From NCBI GenBank assembly GCA_965112735.1, contig OZ218951.1, forward strand, positions 1,984,001-2,048,000: a DNA stretch of 64,000 bases, given 5' to 3'. The notes beneath the pieces were generated by a model that saw nothing but the letters and a program-made list of their open reading frames with translations, made no database searches and had not been told where the DNA came from. Numbering within the stretch: position 1 is the first letter of the stretch; each line of letters begins with the position of its first letter. Of the stretch, positions 1 to 11,726 are shown in pieces. Made by a program: the position numbers and the translations under genes. This DNA is from Phaeosaccion multiseriatum (taxonomy: Eukaryota > Protista > Ochrophyta, other classes).

Positions 1-310
1 CCCCGTGCGTCTGCCTCCTTCCTTCTCGGTTGCTGCTGCTCCCGCGTCTCTGACTTCCACCTCTTCTCATATCGTGCTCTTCCTGCGGCAAGAAGACTGA
101 CCATGGCAGTTGGATTAGCGTATCCTGCTGTGAGGTGAGAGATACAGCTATCCCCAAGGCGCTGCTCCTGTGGATCCCCGTGCGTCTGGATCCTTCCTTC
201 TCGGTTGCTGCTTCTCCCGCGTCTCTGACATCCACCTCTTCTCATATCGTTCTCTTCCTGCGGCAATACTGACCATGACAGTTGGATTAGCGTATGGCCT
301 GCTGTGAGGA
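1..310. repeat. ~175-bp tandem repeat (about 1.8 copies, probably continuing left of the window)
   Basis: ccccgtgcgtctg...cagttggattagcgtat..cctgctgtgagg occurs from 1 and again from 176 with few differences. Confidence 0.85.
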
Positions 311-1106
311 GGAGGGCACATCGGAGGGGTGGCTCATCCAGCCTGTTGACCCTGCTGACAACGACACTAACCCCAGCGGAGACGAGGACGAGGAGGATGA
401 CGTGGGGGACGAAGGGGACTGGTTGATAGCAGATCGTGTGGGAACAGCATTTCCTCAGCACTCTCTTCCACTTGCAGTAGCACCAGCAGTAGCACCGGCC
501 CTAGCACCAGAAGACCTAGCACCAGAAGACGTCCACGCTGCAGCAGCCTCAGTCGAGGATGACAAGGCGGATGAAGAGCTGCTGGCGCAGGTGAGGGAAG
601 CCTCAGCCGGGGATGACAAGGGGGATGAAGAGCTGCTGGCGCAGGCGAGGGCAGATGTTGACAGCGCGGAATGGGTCACGCGGCAGTGGTACAGACGTGT
701 CAATTACCGTTCGCTCCGTCTGCAGCAGTGGGATGGGGACGACGACGGGCGCGTTGCGTTACAGCAAAGCCTCACCCAGGCTCAGTGCGCCTCACGGGAA
801 GCTGAAAGTGCCCGTCTTTGGGCCATTTCTGCCCGAGCTGGTGCCCGCGCCCGCATCAGTCGCAGAGAGGCAGAGGACGCTCGGAACCGCCTCACACGAC
901 AAGCACGTGCACAACGCGTTGCCATCTCCAGAGCCACCAACATCGACTGTATTGGCATCTATGGGGGTCTCACAGAGGAGCGGCTCCGAGTCGTTATTGG
1001 TGGGAAGGCGTTAGACAAGAGGAAGACAGAGGAGCAGCGGCTTCTGAGGCTTCAGGAGCTGACGCTTCAGAGGGTCAGAGGGGGGAGGGTAGTGCAACCA
1101 GGGTAG
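294..1106 (+). CDS. hypothetical acidic protein (270 aa) with internal DDK(A/G)DEELLAQ duplication
   Basis: Uninterrupted ORF with no recognisable domain; the start overlaps the tandem repeat, so it may be repeat- or TE-derived. Confidence 0.3.
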   Translation: MACCEEEGTSEGWLIQPVDPADNDTNPSGDEDEEDDVGDEGDWLIADRVGTAFPQHSLPLAVAPAVAPALAPEDLAPEDVHAAAASVEDDKADEELLAQVREASAGDDKGDEELLAQARADVDSAEWVTRQWYRRVNYRSLRLQQWDGDDDGRVALQQSLTQAQCASREAESARLWAISARAGARARISRREAEDARNRLTRQARAQRVAISRATNIDCIGIYGGLTEERLRVVIGGKALDKRKTEEQRLLRLQELTLQRVRGGRVVQPG

Positions 1107-1679
1107 GAGGGTAATAAGTGTGAGAGGGAGGTGTGTGTGTGGGTGTGTGGGTGTGGGTGTGGGTGTGTGAGAGAGGATGCGTGTGAGTGTCCGTGCGTGT
1201 GTGTGTGTCTCTGTATGTGTGTCTCGGTGTATGTGTGCGTGCGTGCGTGTAAATAGATAACGTAAATACTTCGTCGTAAATAACTGTCAATACAAAGCGG
1301 AAATTCCAACTCAACGATTGATTGGGGGACAGCTGCCAACCCAGCACCTCAGCCATAGCAGCCAACCCAACACTCTCCATCCCCTCTGAGTTCGAAAGTT
1401 TTGCCCGGCAGGGTAGTCGTGGGAGAGAGAAAGAACTGAGGTATTTCTCTCGCACGCGACTATATGCTGGCATACCCTATTATTTTTCCTACTGCAGCTT
1501 TACTCTGTAATTAAATCTCTCTTCAGATGTGATTATCCAGGAGGGAAAGTTATGTCAACAAACCGGTACGCCTCCCTCCCCCTCCTCGACCCTCCGGCCC
1601 ATTTCCCTCATTCTGTTCACTCCCCCTCGCCCATCCGCCCTCTCACTCCTACACCAACCCTCCTCCTGCTGCAATAAGG

Positions 1680-2097
1680 TCACAAGGAGAGGATGGGCAG
1701 GCGCAGGATCTCCCGAAGCTCGTCGGCTGCCATCGCGAGCGTATCCAGCGGGATGCTCTCATTGGGGCTGTGGATGACTGCCCACGAGTCGTTGGGGCCC
1801 GCTGCAGCCGCGTAGGGCGTCGCCGTTCCATTGACCAGGTGCTTGAGCACAGAGCAGCCTGTGGGTGGGTGCGTCGTGGGTGCGTGCGTGCGTGCGTGTG
1901 CGTGCGTAGGTGTGCGTGCGTACGTGCAGGCGTTTTAACAACAGGAAGGGAGGGCAGGGCTACTGAGCGCACACATGAGCGAAGCCACAGCGCAAGGCAC
2001 GAGAGTCTCGCACCATCAGTGCGGCGCACAGCCAAGCAACAGAAAAGCCTTAGGAGCAGCAGCCAGCCACTCAGTGGTGTCGACATGACCTCTTACG

Positions 2098-2129
<32 letters not shown>

Positions 2130-2579
2130 TGAGCCTAGCTGAGTTACTTTAGTACCCTTGTCTTACCCCAATTCCTCACCTTCCGCGCCATGGAATTTTG
2201 ACATGAAACGCTCCTCCAGAGCCACTGCCCGGCCGTGTCTGTTGGCCACTCGCGTCAGGCACAGCAGCAGAGAAGCAAGCGTGACGCCGACGCACGAGCC
2301 TCTGCCATCTTCGTCCTTCGTCGCTTTCTTGAGCTTCTCCGGCGACGGCCACTTGAGTAGAAGCTGGTGAGTGAGAAGGGAGGAGAGGTCCAGCAGGCCA
2401 GGAGGCGCACAGAGTTGCCATGAAGCGAGCCACCGAGGCCGACAGCAGCCAGAGACGCAGAAGCGATTTAGAGGGGAGAAGGATGAAGGATGAAAGGTAG
2501 GGAAAACGGCGGCGGTAGGGAAACGATCGGTGGGGATACGAGGCTACCGAAGGAGGGCAATCACACATACACATATAGT

Positions 2580-2635
<56 letters not shown>

Positions 2636-3955
2636 TGCGCACGCCAAGCTGGCTAGCGGAGGCCGCCCCCGCATAGCCCGTCTCGTCCAACCAGAGCGCC
2701 ACCTGAGGGACCTTGCCTGAGGCCACCAGCTCGGGGTACACTTGCATCGCCCATGGAGACCCAATCTCTTCCTCCCCGTGGAGCAGCCATACGATGGGAG
2801 GGAGGACGTCGTCGCCGCTCGCCCCCTCCGTCTCCTTCTCGTTCTGCCCCTCCTCATCCTTCTTCTTCTCCTTCTCCTTCTTCTTCTCTTCCGCCAAGCG
2901 CCGAAGGAGGTGCTTCATCGCAACGAGGCGGAGGCACAGCGGCCCGAGGTTGTCTGCCACCCCTCGTCCGTAGAGCCGGCGCTGGCCAGGAGGAGGGGGC
3001 TGTGGCTCCTTCTCGCCTGTGCGAGGGGAGGTGGAGCCGGTATGCGAGGTGTGCAATTCCGCGTAGTACAGAGTAGCAGGGGGGGAGGTGCAGCGCGCCA
3101 GGTTTATTCGTCGGTATCGCGCAAGCGAGGGAGGGAGGACGTGCAACAGTACGCATCGAAAATTTATCATCAAGACTGCTCTGAGAGCACTGCGTAGCGA
3201 ACGACTGCCTGCCTCTGGCTGTGAGCTCGTGAGTGACTAACCTGGCTCAGTGCCTCTGCCCTTGCGGTCGTCGTGCTGATGCTGATCCACGACCTCGATG
3301 CTCCACGGGTCCGTCCTCCACAAGACTCGTTGCTTGTCGCTCACCTTCTCCACATCATAGTGGCCTGGTTGGTGGGTGGACACAACAGTCGAGTGAGCGA
3401 GATCGAGCGGCTGGGGGAAGGGGGGTTGAGTCCAGATCCAGCCAGGGGGGGTGCCGTGGGGTCAACGGCAGAGGAGGAGGAGGAGGAGGGGAGGGGAGGG
3501 GAGGCAGAGGAATGGACGAACAGAGGTCGTGTCTTCGTCCGCAAACCCCCGCCTTTCAGAAGCTCAAGTGCTGAAGAGCAATGGTGTCATCAAGTCGCAC
3601 CTACGATACCCATGGTGAGAGCGGAAGCGTTCCCTGGTCGAGTCGCGAGAAGGACATCTTCGGCTCCTTCCTTCGTGAGCCTCTCTACGGCGAAGCCGAG
3701 GTCCTCCAGCATACTGGAGATGATGTTCGTTACAGTCATCATACCAGAAGGGTTGCCTGCGACAGGCTTGGCAGCCACCTTATTGTAGCAGAGCAGGGGG
3801 GGGAGGTCTTCAGAGGAGCTCTATAGCAGCCTGCTGCCTTGTTGATGCCTAACTACTACTCCCCCCCAGCCAGTCACAGCAGGACCAAGAGCGGGGCTTA
3901 CCATCGCAGCGAGAGCGGTGGTGAACTCTTCTTCATGCTCCCATGCTCCTCCCAT
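1680..3955 (-). CDS. M20/M25/M40 family metallo-amidohydrolase, 6 exons, ~366 aa (alternative ATG at 3982)
   Basis: Exons 3955-3902, 3778-3601, 3364-3242, 3016-2634, 2363-2180, 1858-1680, all GT-AG and phase-compatible. Motifs GIVGHYDV, WRTDPW, LYGRGVADNLG, HGEEEIGS, WLDETG and IHSPNESI give the full M20 dinuclear metal-ligand set. Confidence 0.9.
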
Positions 3956-3982
3956 CTTCTCGTGCTGTCTCACATTCTCCAT

Positions 3983-4230
3983 CTCCCCCTCTTCTTTCTC
4001 TCTCTTTTCCCCTCCCTCTTTTTTCTGTGGTGGGTGACCTTTTACAAATTTAATATCATACCCTGTGTCGCATTGTTTCAATAGAAGGGAGGGGAGGGAC
4101 AGAACCGCGAGTCACCGCTGCAATAAGGAGTATAAAGCGGCCGCGCCTGGAGAGGAGGAAAGGAGAGGAAGGCAGGAAAGGGAGGGAGGAAGTGAAGTAG
4201 TAGCCAGAGGTCAAGGAAGAAAAGACAGCC
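3983..4230. promoter_or_regulatory. putative bidirectional promoter between the M20 gene and the mega-enzyme gene
   Basis: Head-to-head starts only ~250-275 bp apart; TATAAA at 4131-4136 and an AT-rich patch at ~4040-4060 in otherwise GC-rich DNA. Confidence 0.5.
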
Positions 4231-4699
4231 ATGTGTGGGATAGTGGTGAGTGTTGGGCTGCGCGACGGAGAGGAGCGGGTAGGACCAGCCGCTCAGAGCC
4301 TTGAGCATCGTGGGAGGGAGGCCCCACAGCTCAGGTCATTCACAGCAGCAACGGATACTGACAAGAAGGTCAAGGGGAAGGAGGTGCTCATCTCCATGGC
4401 CTTTGTACGGCTTCGCGTCTGTGGCGGCAGCGGGGATGATCAGCCCCTCCACACCATCGGGGAGGCAGCGTGTGGCGAGGGTGAGTAAGGAGGCGCCGGA
4501 AGGGGAAGAAAGAGAGAGTAAGGAGGCGCCGGAAGGGGAAGAAAGAGAAGGGGAAGAAGGGGAAGAAAAATGGCGAGAGTACGGGGATGGCAGTAAATGG
4601 CTTCCCCCCCTTCTAATCATCCCCTTCTACATCTTCCCGTCCCAAGTGAGAAGAAAACTGCGGCAGTGCCAATCGTTTGGGCTAAGGTGAAGATGAAAC

Positions 4700-4790
<91 letters not shown>

Positions 4791-6967
4791 TCTCGCTTCT
4801 CTCTGCTTCATCAGTCCATTCTATTCTCTCCCTCATCCCTTCCGCCGCCTCTTCCTCCTCATCCCTGTCCCCCCCCACGCTCCTTCCATACCCCCTTCCT
4901 TGCCACATCTTGCCAGGCCACAACTTCTTCAGCGAGCTCTACCTTTGTTTCAATGGCGAGATCTACAACGCCCAAGAGCTTCTCGACGAGGACAAACACC
5001 GTGATGCCGCTGCTACCGATCATCATGGACGTGGCGGAGAGGAAGAGGACGCCCCTCAGAATCCCAGAGGCGTGTCCGTCCCGAGCACGTCCTCCTCCGA
5101 TACGCACATGCTCTCACGCCTCCTCCTCCGCCACGGCCCTGCCGTCCTTCCGAGACTGAGGGGACAATTCGCGATTGTGGTGGTCGGGCGGGAGCGACAA
5201 AATGATGGAGAGAGTGTTTCCCTCCCCGCCTCAGCGGGGCAGTGGTCCGTACTGGCTGCGCGAGACCCCCTCGGTATTAAGCCACTACTGGTGGCTGCCG
5301 GGGGGGAGCCGGGGTCTCTAATCTTCGCAAGCGAGATTCACGCTCTTCCACACTTCAATCTGCTCGCAGATGGGCAAGTACAGGAGGTCCTAGCTGGGCA
5401 CTCCTGCTGTTTCAGACTGGGCAGGGCCATGCCACTGCCACTCTTTCACCGGTACTGCCCATCTCTGCTTTCCCAGCACTCGAGCAGCGACGACTGCTCG
5501 GCCCCCTCCCCACGATTGGCAGTATTGGACCGCGCAGCCCCTCTGGTGCTAAGCGAGCTCCGTGCCTCTGTGGCCCGGCGCATGAATAACTGCGACGGTC
5601 ATTCGGTGGGTGTGCTTCTCTCAGGAGGCATCGACTCTGCCCTCATCGCGGCCCTTGCCGCCGAGCACCTCTCGTCTTTCGCGACCTCCACTGGAGAGGT
5701 TCAAGGAGCACGTCCTGCTGGCTGTGAGACGCCGCTGAACAAGGGCATTGGCGACAAGAGGCTGTACACCTTTACCATCGCATTCGTTGAGGACGAGGAC
5801 GAGGAGGGGGAAGGGAAGGGGCGCAGCAAGGCGAGCAGCCTGCTGGACGTTGACGCGACAAAGGCAAGCCTCATCGCCAAATACATTGGCTCCATTCACC
5901 ACGAGGTAAGGCAGGTTTGAAGGCTGTGAGCGGAAAGAAAGAAGGCACCCAAGGATAGCCTCCACCCTTCGCTGCCTCGACCCACTCAGGGAGGGCTATG
6001 CACACGCATGAAAGTGGAAGCGAATCCTGTCTTGTTCACTGCTGACCGACCCGACCCACACCGCCCTTCCCCTCCTTCCCCCCTGCCTGCCCCCCCGCCC
6101 CCCCCCCTCCTCCTCGTGGCCGTGCCGCGTACCTCCTCCTCCCTCCCCTCCCGCGCCCTGCTCTGTTGCGTAGTTGCTCGTGCCCGTCAAAGATGCTCTC
6201 GCCGCTCTGCCCGAGGTGTTGCGGCACTGCGCCACGGCTGATGTAAGCATCGTGCGGGCAGCAGTGCCCCTCTTCCTCCTCTCTGGGTTCATTCGACAAA
6301 GCGCGCCCACAGTGAAGGCTGTTCTCTGTGGGGAGGGTGCAGATGAACTCTTCGCAGGCTACGCAATGTTTGAACATGTTGCGGAAGGAGGAGGAGGAGG
6401 AGGAGGAGGAGGAGGAGGAGGAGGAGGAGCAGGAGGAGCAGGAGGAGCAGGAGGAGCAGGACGGGATAATTGCCGCTGGGAGACGAGCTCAGCGGAGACA
6501 GAGAGTGGTGCTGCTGGGCATGATGATGCCATTGCTTGGGGTGACGAGGACAGCGAGGAGAAGGCGACGGCAGCCCGCGTGGCGCGTATGAGCAGGGCGC
6601 TGTTGGCCTCAATCTCCGGCACAGAGCTGCTGAGGGTGGATCGGATGACGAGCGCGCACGGCCTCGAGGCTCGCGTGCCCTACCTTGACACGGACCTCAT
6701 CGACACCGTCCTGCAGAGGATAGACCCGCGTCTGCTGCTGTCGGGGGGGCATGCGGGGGGGCATGGGCGGATGGAGAAGCTGCTGCTGCGGACTTGCGCC
6801 ACCTTCCCCTCCTTCTCCTCCTCCGATGGACGACCGCTGCTGCCCCGGAGCGTGATATGGGAGAAGAAGCGGCAGATGGCGGACGGGGTGGGAGGCAAGT
6901 GGTTGCAGCGCCTTCGTGAGCACACAGAGCGTGACAGTCCCTTCGCAGAGAGGGGAGGAGTGATACC

Positions 6968-7004
<37 letters not shown>

Positions 7005-10000
7005 TTGGTGATACAGCAGGACAGCAGTGAGCCGGGTAGCAGCCGAAGGACGACCCCGGCGACGTGTGCGGAGCAGAAATGCTTCGACCGCGTGCTGGAG
7101 GATGCGCTCAGCTCAGCTGCCCTGCGATACGCACGATCTCTTCATCGAGAGCGGAGTGCGCTGCGTCGTGAGGCGCTGAGGGACTTCATGCACAAGCGCG
7201 GCGCAGACGATGGGTCGAGGGTGCTGGCGAGCCATCAGCAGAGGAAGAGAGTGGCCAACGACCCTGACCTCAGGGAGATGCTGACGAGGGACGAGGCGCG
7301 GGCCTTTGTAAAGGACACGCTGCAGCTGTCGCTTCTTCGTTCACCATCATCACCATCATCTTGTTCATCTTCAGCAGGCAGCAGCGAACATGATGAGCAG
7401 CGGCTGCAGCGATATGATGATGATGATGATGATCAAGACCAGCAGCATCAACAGCAGCAACGGCAACTGCAGCGGCCTACTCGCAGTACGAAGGAGGAGG
7501 AGGAGGAGGAGGAGGAGGAGGAGGAGGAGGAGGAGGAGGAGGAGGAGGAGGAGGAGGGGGAGGAGCATGCACAACTCGAGCTAAGCCTGCTGTCGCTTTC
7601 GAGCATCGTCCGTGCCATGCTGCTGCGTGGCGTCACATACAACAACCTGTCTATGCTCCTGCCGGAGACCTCGGGCCGAGTGCCCACCCCTCCCGAGATG
7701 AAGCGAGATGTGTTGGAGGGGCTTGGAGGGCCTTGCGTCGTGCTCAACAGCTTCCTCGCCGCGCTATTGCACCGTCTTGGCTTCAGCGTGTACCTCGCGG
7801 CTGGCGATGTGCACCGGCCCTCATGCCATGTTGTGGTGATGGTGGAGCTGGAGGGGGGGTTGGTGTGGTGCGATGTGGGCAACTCTGCGCCGTACTTCCA
7901 GGCGGTCGTGCTCGGAGACGAGAGCATCTTTCAAGGGGGAGAGAGGAGGGAGGAGGAGGAGGAGGAGGAGGAGGAGGAGGAGGAGGAGGAGGAGGAGGAG
8001 GAGGAGGAGGAGGAGGAGGAGGAGGAGGAGGAGGTGGCGGACAACCGCCATCACCGCAGGCGCTTTCGATACAGTGTGCAGAGACAGAGGAATGACGCAA
8101 GTAGACCAAGGCCTCAAGGGAGGCAGCAGCAGCAGCAGCAGCAGTTGCTGCAGCAGCAGTATCGTGTTGTTCATCATCACGGGACAAAGGACAAGACAGC
8201 ATACACCTTCCGGCCCTTTGAGCGCATGCATTTTGCGGATTTCCGAGCCATGATTCATACCTCGCGGACAGATCCGAACTTCTCCTCCTTCCTGAATGCC
8301 GTGAAGGTGGTTTGGCTGGGGGCAGATGGCACCAAATGCGGGGTGAAGGACGGCTGCCTCTACGATGCCAACGGGCGCTTGTCTGATCACGAAGCGACTG
8401 ATGATGAGGTGATGGAGGCTGTTTGCAGTACGCACCCGCGGCTGGCCACGAATCTGAAAGTTTGCCTGGCCGTGGTCCGAGCGAAGAAGGATGCGAAGGG
8501 GGGTCACGGTGGCAAGGGAGGGAGGGAAGGTGGGGCCGGAGGAGGAGGAGGGACCGGAGAGGGAGAGGGAGAGAGCGGGGGTGCGTGTGAGGGAGAGGGT
8601 GCGGCGAGAGAGGGAGGCGGCGGAGCGAGCGATGACAAGGGAGAGGAGGGAGGGGGCCCTCCCAGAGAAAGTCGAGGTCGAGAAGATGAAGCCAACAAGA
8701 CGTCGGCAGCAGTGGGGCTTGCAGCTGGAGCCTCAGTCACCGTGGCCGTTATCATTGCGACCTGTAACAGAGACGATCTCCTTTGCAAGAGGGCAGTCAC
8801 CTCTGTGCTGCAACAGACGCGGAGGCCGTCGTGCCTGGTCATTGTCGACGACTACAACATCGCTGGTGACAGGGTCCTTCCCAGCCAGGGGGGGGTGCGT
8901 GCGTCATCGCCCTTGTCGAAGGAAGAGGCAAAGGACGGGCGGAAGAAGCTGAAAACGCGACTATTGGAGACTGTGCAGCGGGTGTGCGTGGAGGGCGGCG
9001 ATCAGAGCGAGAGGAGTGGGGCAGAGATGCGAGGAGAAGAGCATGGGGAGGAGGAGGAGGAGGAGGAGGAGGAGGAGGAGGAGGAGGAGAAGATCTGCTC
9101 TTTCCCCTTCCCAATCTTCCTCATTAGAAACGGGCGGACGAAAGGGGCGTCAGGTGCCTGGAACAGCGGCGCGTCGTGGGTTCATAGGCGCTTACTCACA
9201 GGAAAAGGCCTGGTGGAGCAGCAGCGGTTGGCGGTACAGGAGCAGCAGGAGCAGCAACAGCAGCAATTGGTGATACAGCAGCATCAGCAAGAAAAGCGGC
9301 CTCTGTCCAGTGTCTTTATTGGTATCCTCGACGACGACGACGAGTGGAAACACGAGCACTTGAGCCTCATATATCGCAAGCTTCGCCCTCCTGGAGATCA
9401 CCAGCGTCTTCCTCATGCACACGACAAAGAAGGCAAAGGCGAGCGCGAGGCAGCCGCAGGGGTGGGGGGGGGAGTGGGAGTGGGAGGTGGCGGAGGGGAG
9501 GTGGACGATGGGGGGCAGACGGTCGAAGAGCTGCTGAGTGGAGTGGCGATGGTGGTACCGGGTCTGCTGCGAGTCACGAAAGCACCCCGATCCCCTGAAG
9601 TCCCTGATGGGTGGAAGGAGTCGAAGCAAGAGCTGCCGTCAACAGTGGGGGAGCTGTGGAGAGTGGAGAACTTCCTCAAGGGGAACCCAGGCATACAGGT
9701 AAGGGAGCAGCTTAGTTTCGCACACACGTGAGACGAAGGATGGAGCGGAGGGGTCGCGTGCTAATGCTCTGACGACCGGATTGATGCCCCCCCGCTTTTC
9801 GATGGCTGCACTCGTGCCCACGCACTTGGCTTGCTTTGCTGTCGATCCTCGAGTCTTACACTCGCTAACCCTTCATCTGTCTGACTTATCATTTGTGTGT
9901 GTGTGTGCGTGTGTGTCTGAACGCTTCTCTCTTCTCTCTGGACGTCACAGGGCTCCAACCTGTTTCTCCGCCTGGACGTGTTCATGGCCGCAGGCGGCTT

Positions 10001-11281
10001 CGATGAGGCCCTCTCAAGCTGCACAGATAGGGTAAGGAATGGCAGGCAGAGTATCACACCAAGACAAAGGCAGGCAGACAAGTGGTTGCTGACGCTGCTG
10101 TGAGACAAGAGGGGGGAGGGGAGGCGAGGCAGCAGGGAACATCTCATCGACTTGCGTAAGGCGCACTTGATCTCCTCGATTTCTGATGTGTGTTTTACTC
10201 TCTCCCGCCCTTGCCCTTCCTTTGCCGCTTCACACCACGCTAGGACCTCCTCCTCCGTCTGGTATCGATGATCCCGCACGACGAGGCCGAGCGTCGCGTC
10301 CTTCTCCTGCGCGACACCTACACTGTCCGACACTTTGCCGACGATGACCGAGAGAGGATGTCCACCAAGGACAGTCCACAGAAGCTGAGAGGGCTGGATC
10401 ACTTCTACAGGAAGTGGTGCGCGCTCTTTCTGTCGTTCCCGAAAGATGCGGAAGCTTTTCGGGAGAGAGCGCAGAGGCTGTTTGGGTGGCCGCAGGAGGG
10501 AGAGGAGAGTGCTCGACAGACTGCTGTACCACCAGCAGCAGCGCCATCAGCAGCTCCATCAGCAGCTCCGTCAGCAGCTCCATCAGCAACTCCATCATCA
10601 ACTCCATCAGCAGCGGTTGCTGTTGGCGCTGCTGCTGTCGCTGGGACGGAGCAGTCGGTGCCACGGCTGCCCTCTGCGAGCTCACGGAGGCAGGTGCAGA
10701 GGCGGGTTATCCTTCATGTTGGTATCATCTCCGACTCCAACAGCAGCGCGGTGACACCCTTGCTCAAGGACTTCATTCGACACTTTTGCCAGCCTGTAAC
10801 TCGTTCTTCGGAGGAGGAGGAGGAGGAGGCGGCGGCAGCAGCAAGGGGGATGAAGGTGCAGGTGGAGGTGCACGTGTTGGAGAACGGGCCACGCGACCCA
10901 CCCAACTGCGAAGCTTCTCAGACGTTACTCGCTAAGACAGTGTGCACGGCACAGCAGCAGCAGCAGGAGGCGGAGCAAGGGCGACCGTTTCAACTGGGTG
11001 GGGACACGTGCTCTTTCCACTTCCTTAGCCTCGAAGAGCAGGAGAAGGCGTATGCGGAGGGGGCTCTCATGCTGCCTTCGAATGTTCGGCTGTCACCGGA
11101 GGAGAGGAAGAGGCAGCCCATTGCGGTGACCAGGACCATTCTACAAACGCACCTCGCTGCCTATATGAAGGAATCGGAGAGGAAAGAGGCAGCGGGCAGG
11201 AAGGGGCCAGGAAGGACACCGGCCTCGGTGCTGGCATGGGGTGAGTGAAGTGAAGTGAGCGGTCGTGCGCCATGTAACTGT

Positions 11282-11318
<37 letters not shown>

Positions 11319-11658
11319 TGTGTGTGTATGTGTGTGTATGTGTGTGTGTGTGCGTGTGTGTGTTTTTGTGTATTTGTGTGTGTGCGTGCGTGCGTGCGTA
11401 CGTGCGCGTGTGCGTGTGCATGCACGCAAGCGCAATCGCATTGTTCATGGTATGAAAGAGCAAGCGAAAGGGGGAGCAGTTTCTTGTTGTAGTCTCTCCT
11501 CTCCTCACGGCCACCCCCGTATTCTCCTGCCTTGTTGGCCCCTTTGTCGCGTGTGTGTGTGTGTGGTGCGTGCTTGGTCCAGTCTTGGACGACGACAAGC
11601 GGCTCGAAGCCCTGACGCTCTCCACTTTGCAAGTACCTACATCACCATCATCATCACT

Positions 11659-11726
<68 letters not shown>

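Noticed and set aside
4231-6930. Calling the AsnB-like region the housekeeping asparagine synthetase
   Set aside because: It is fused in frame to five other domains and has altered motifs (HRGRE for HRGPD), so substrate and gene symbol cannot be assigned.
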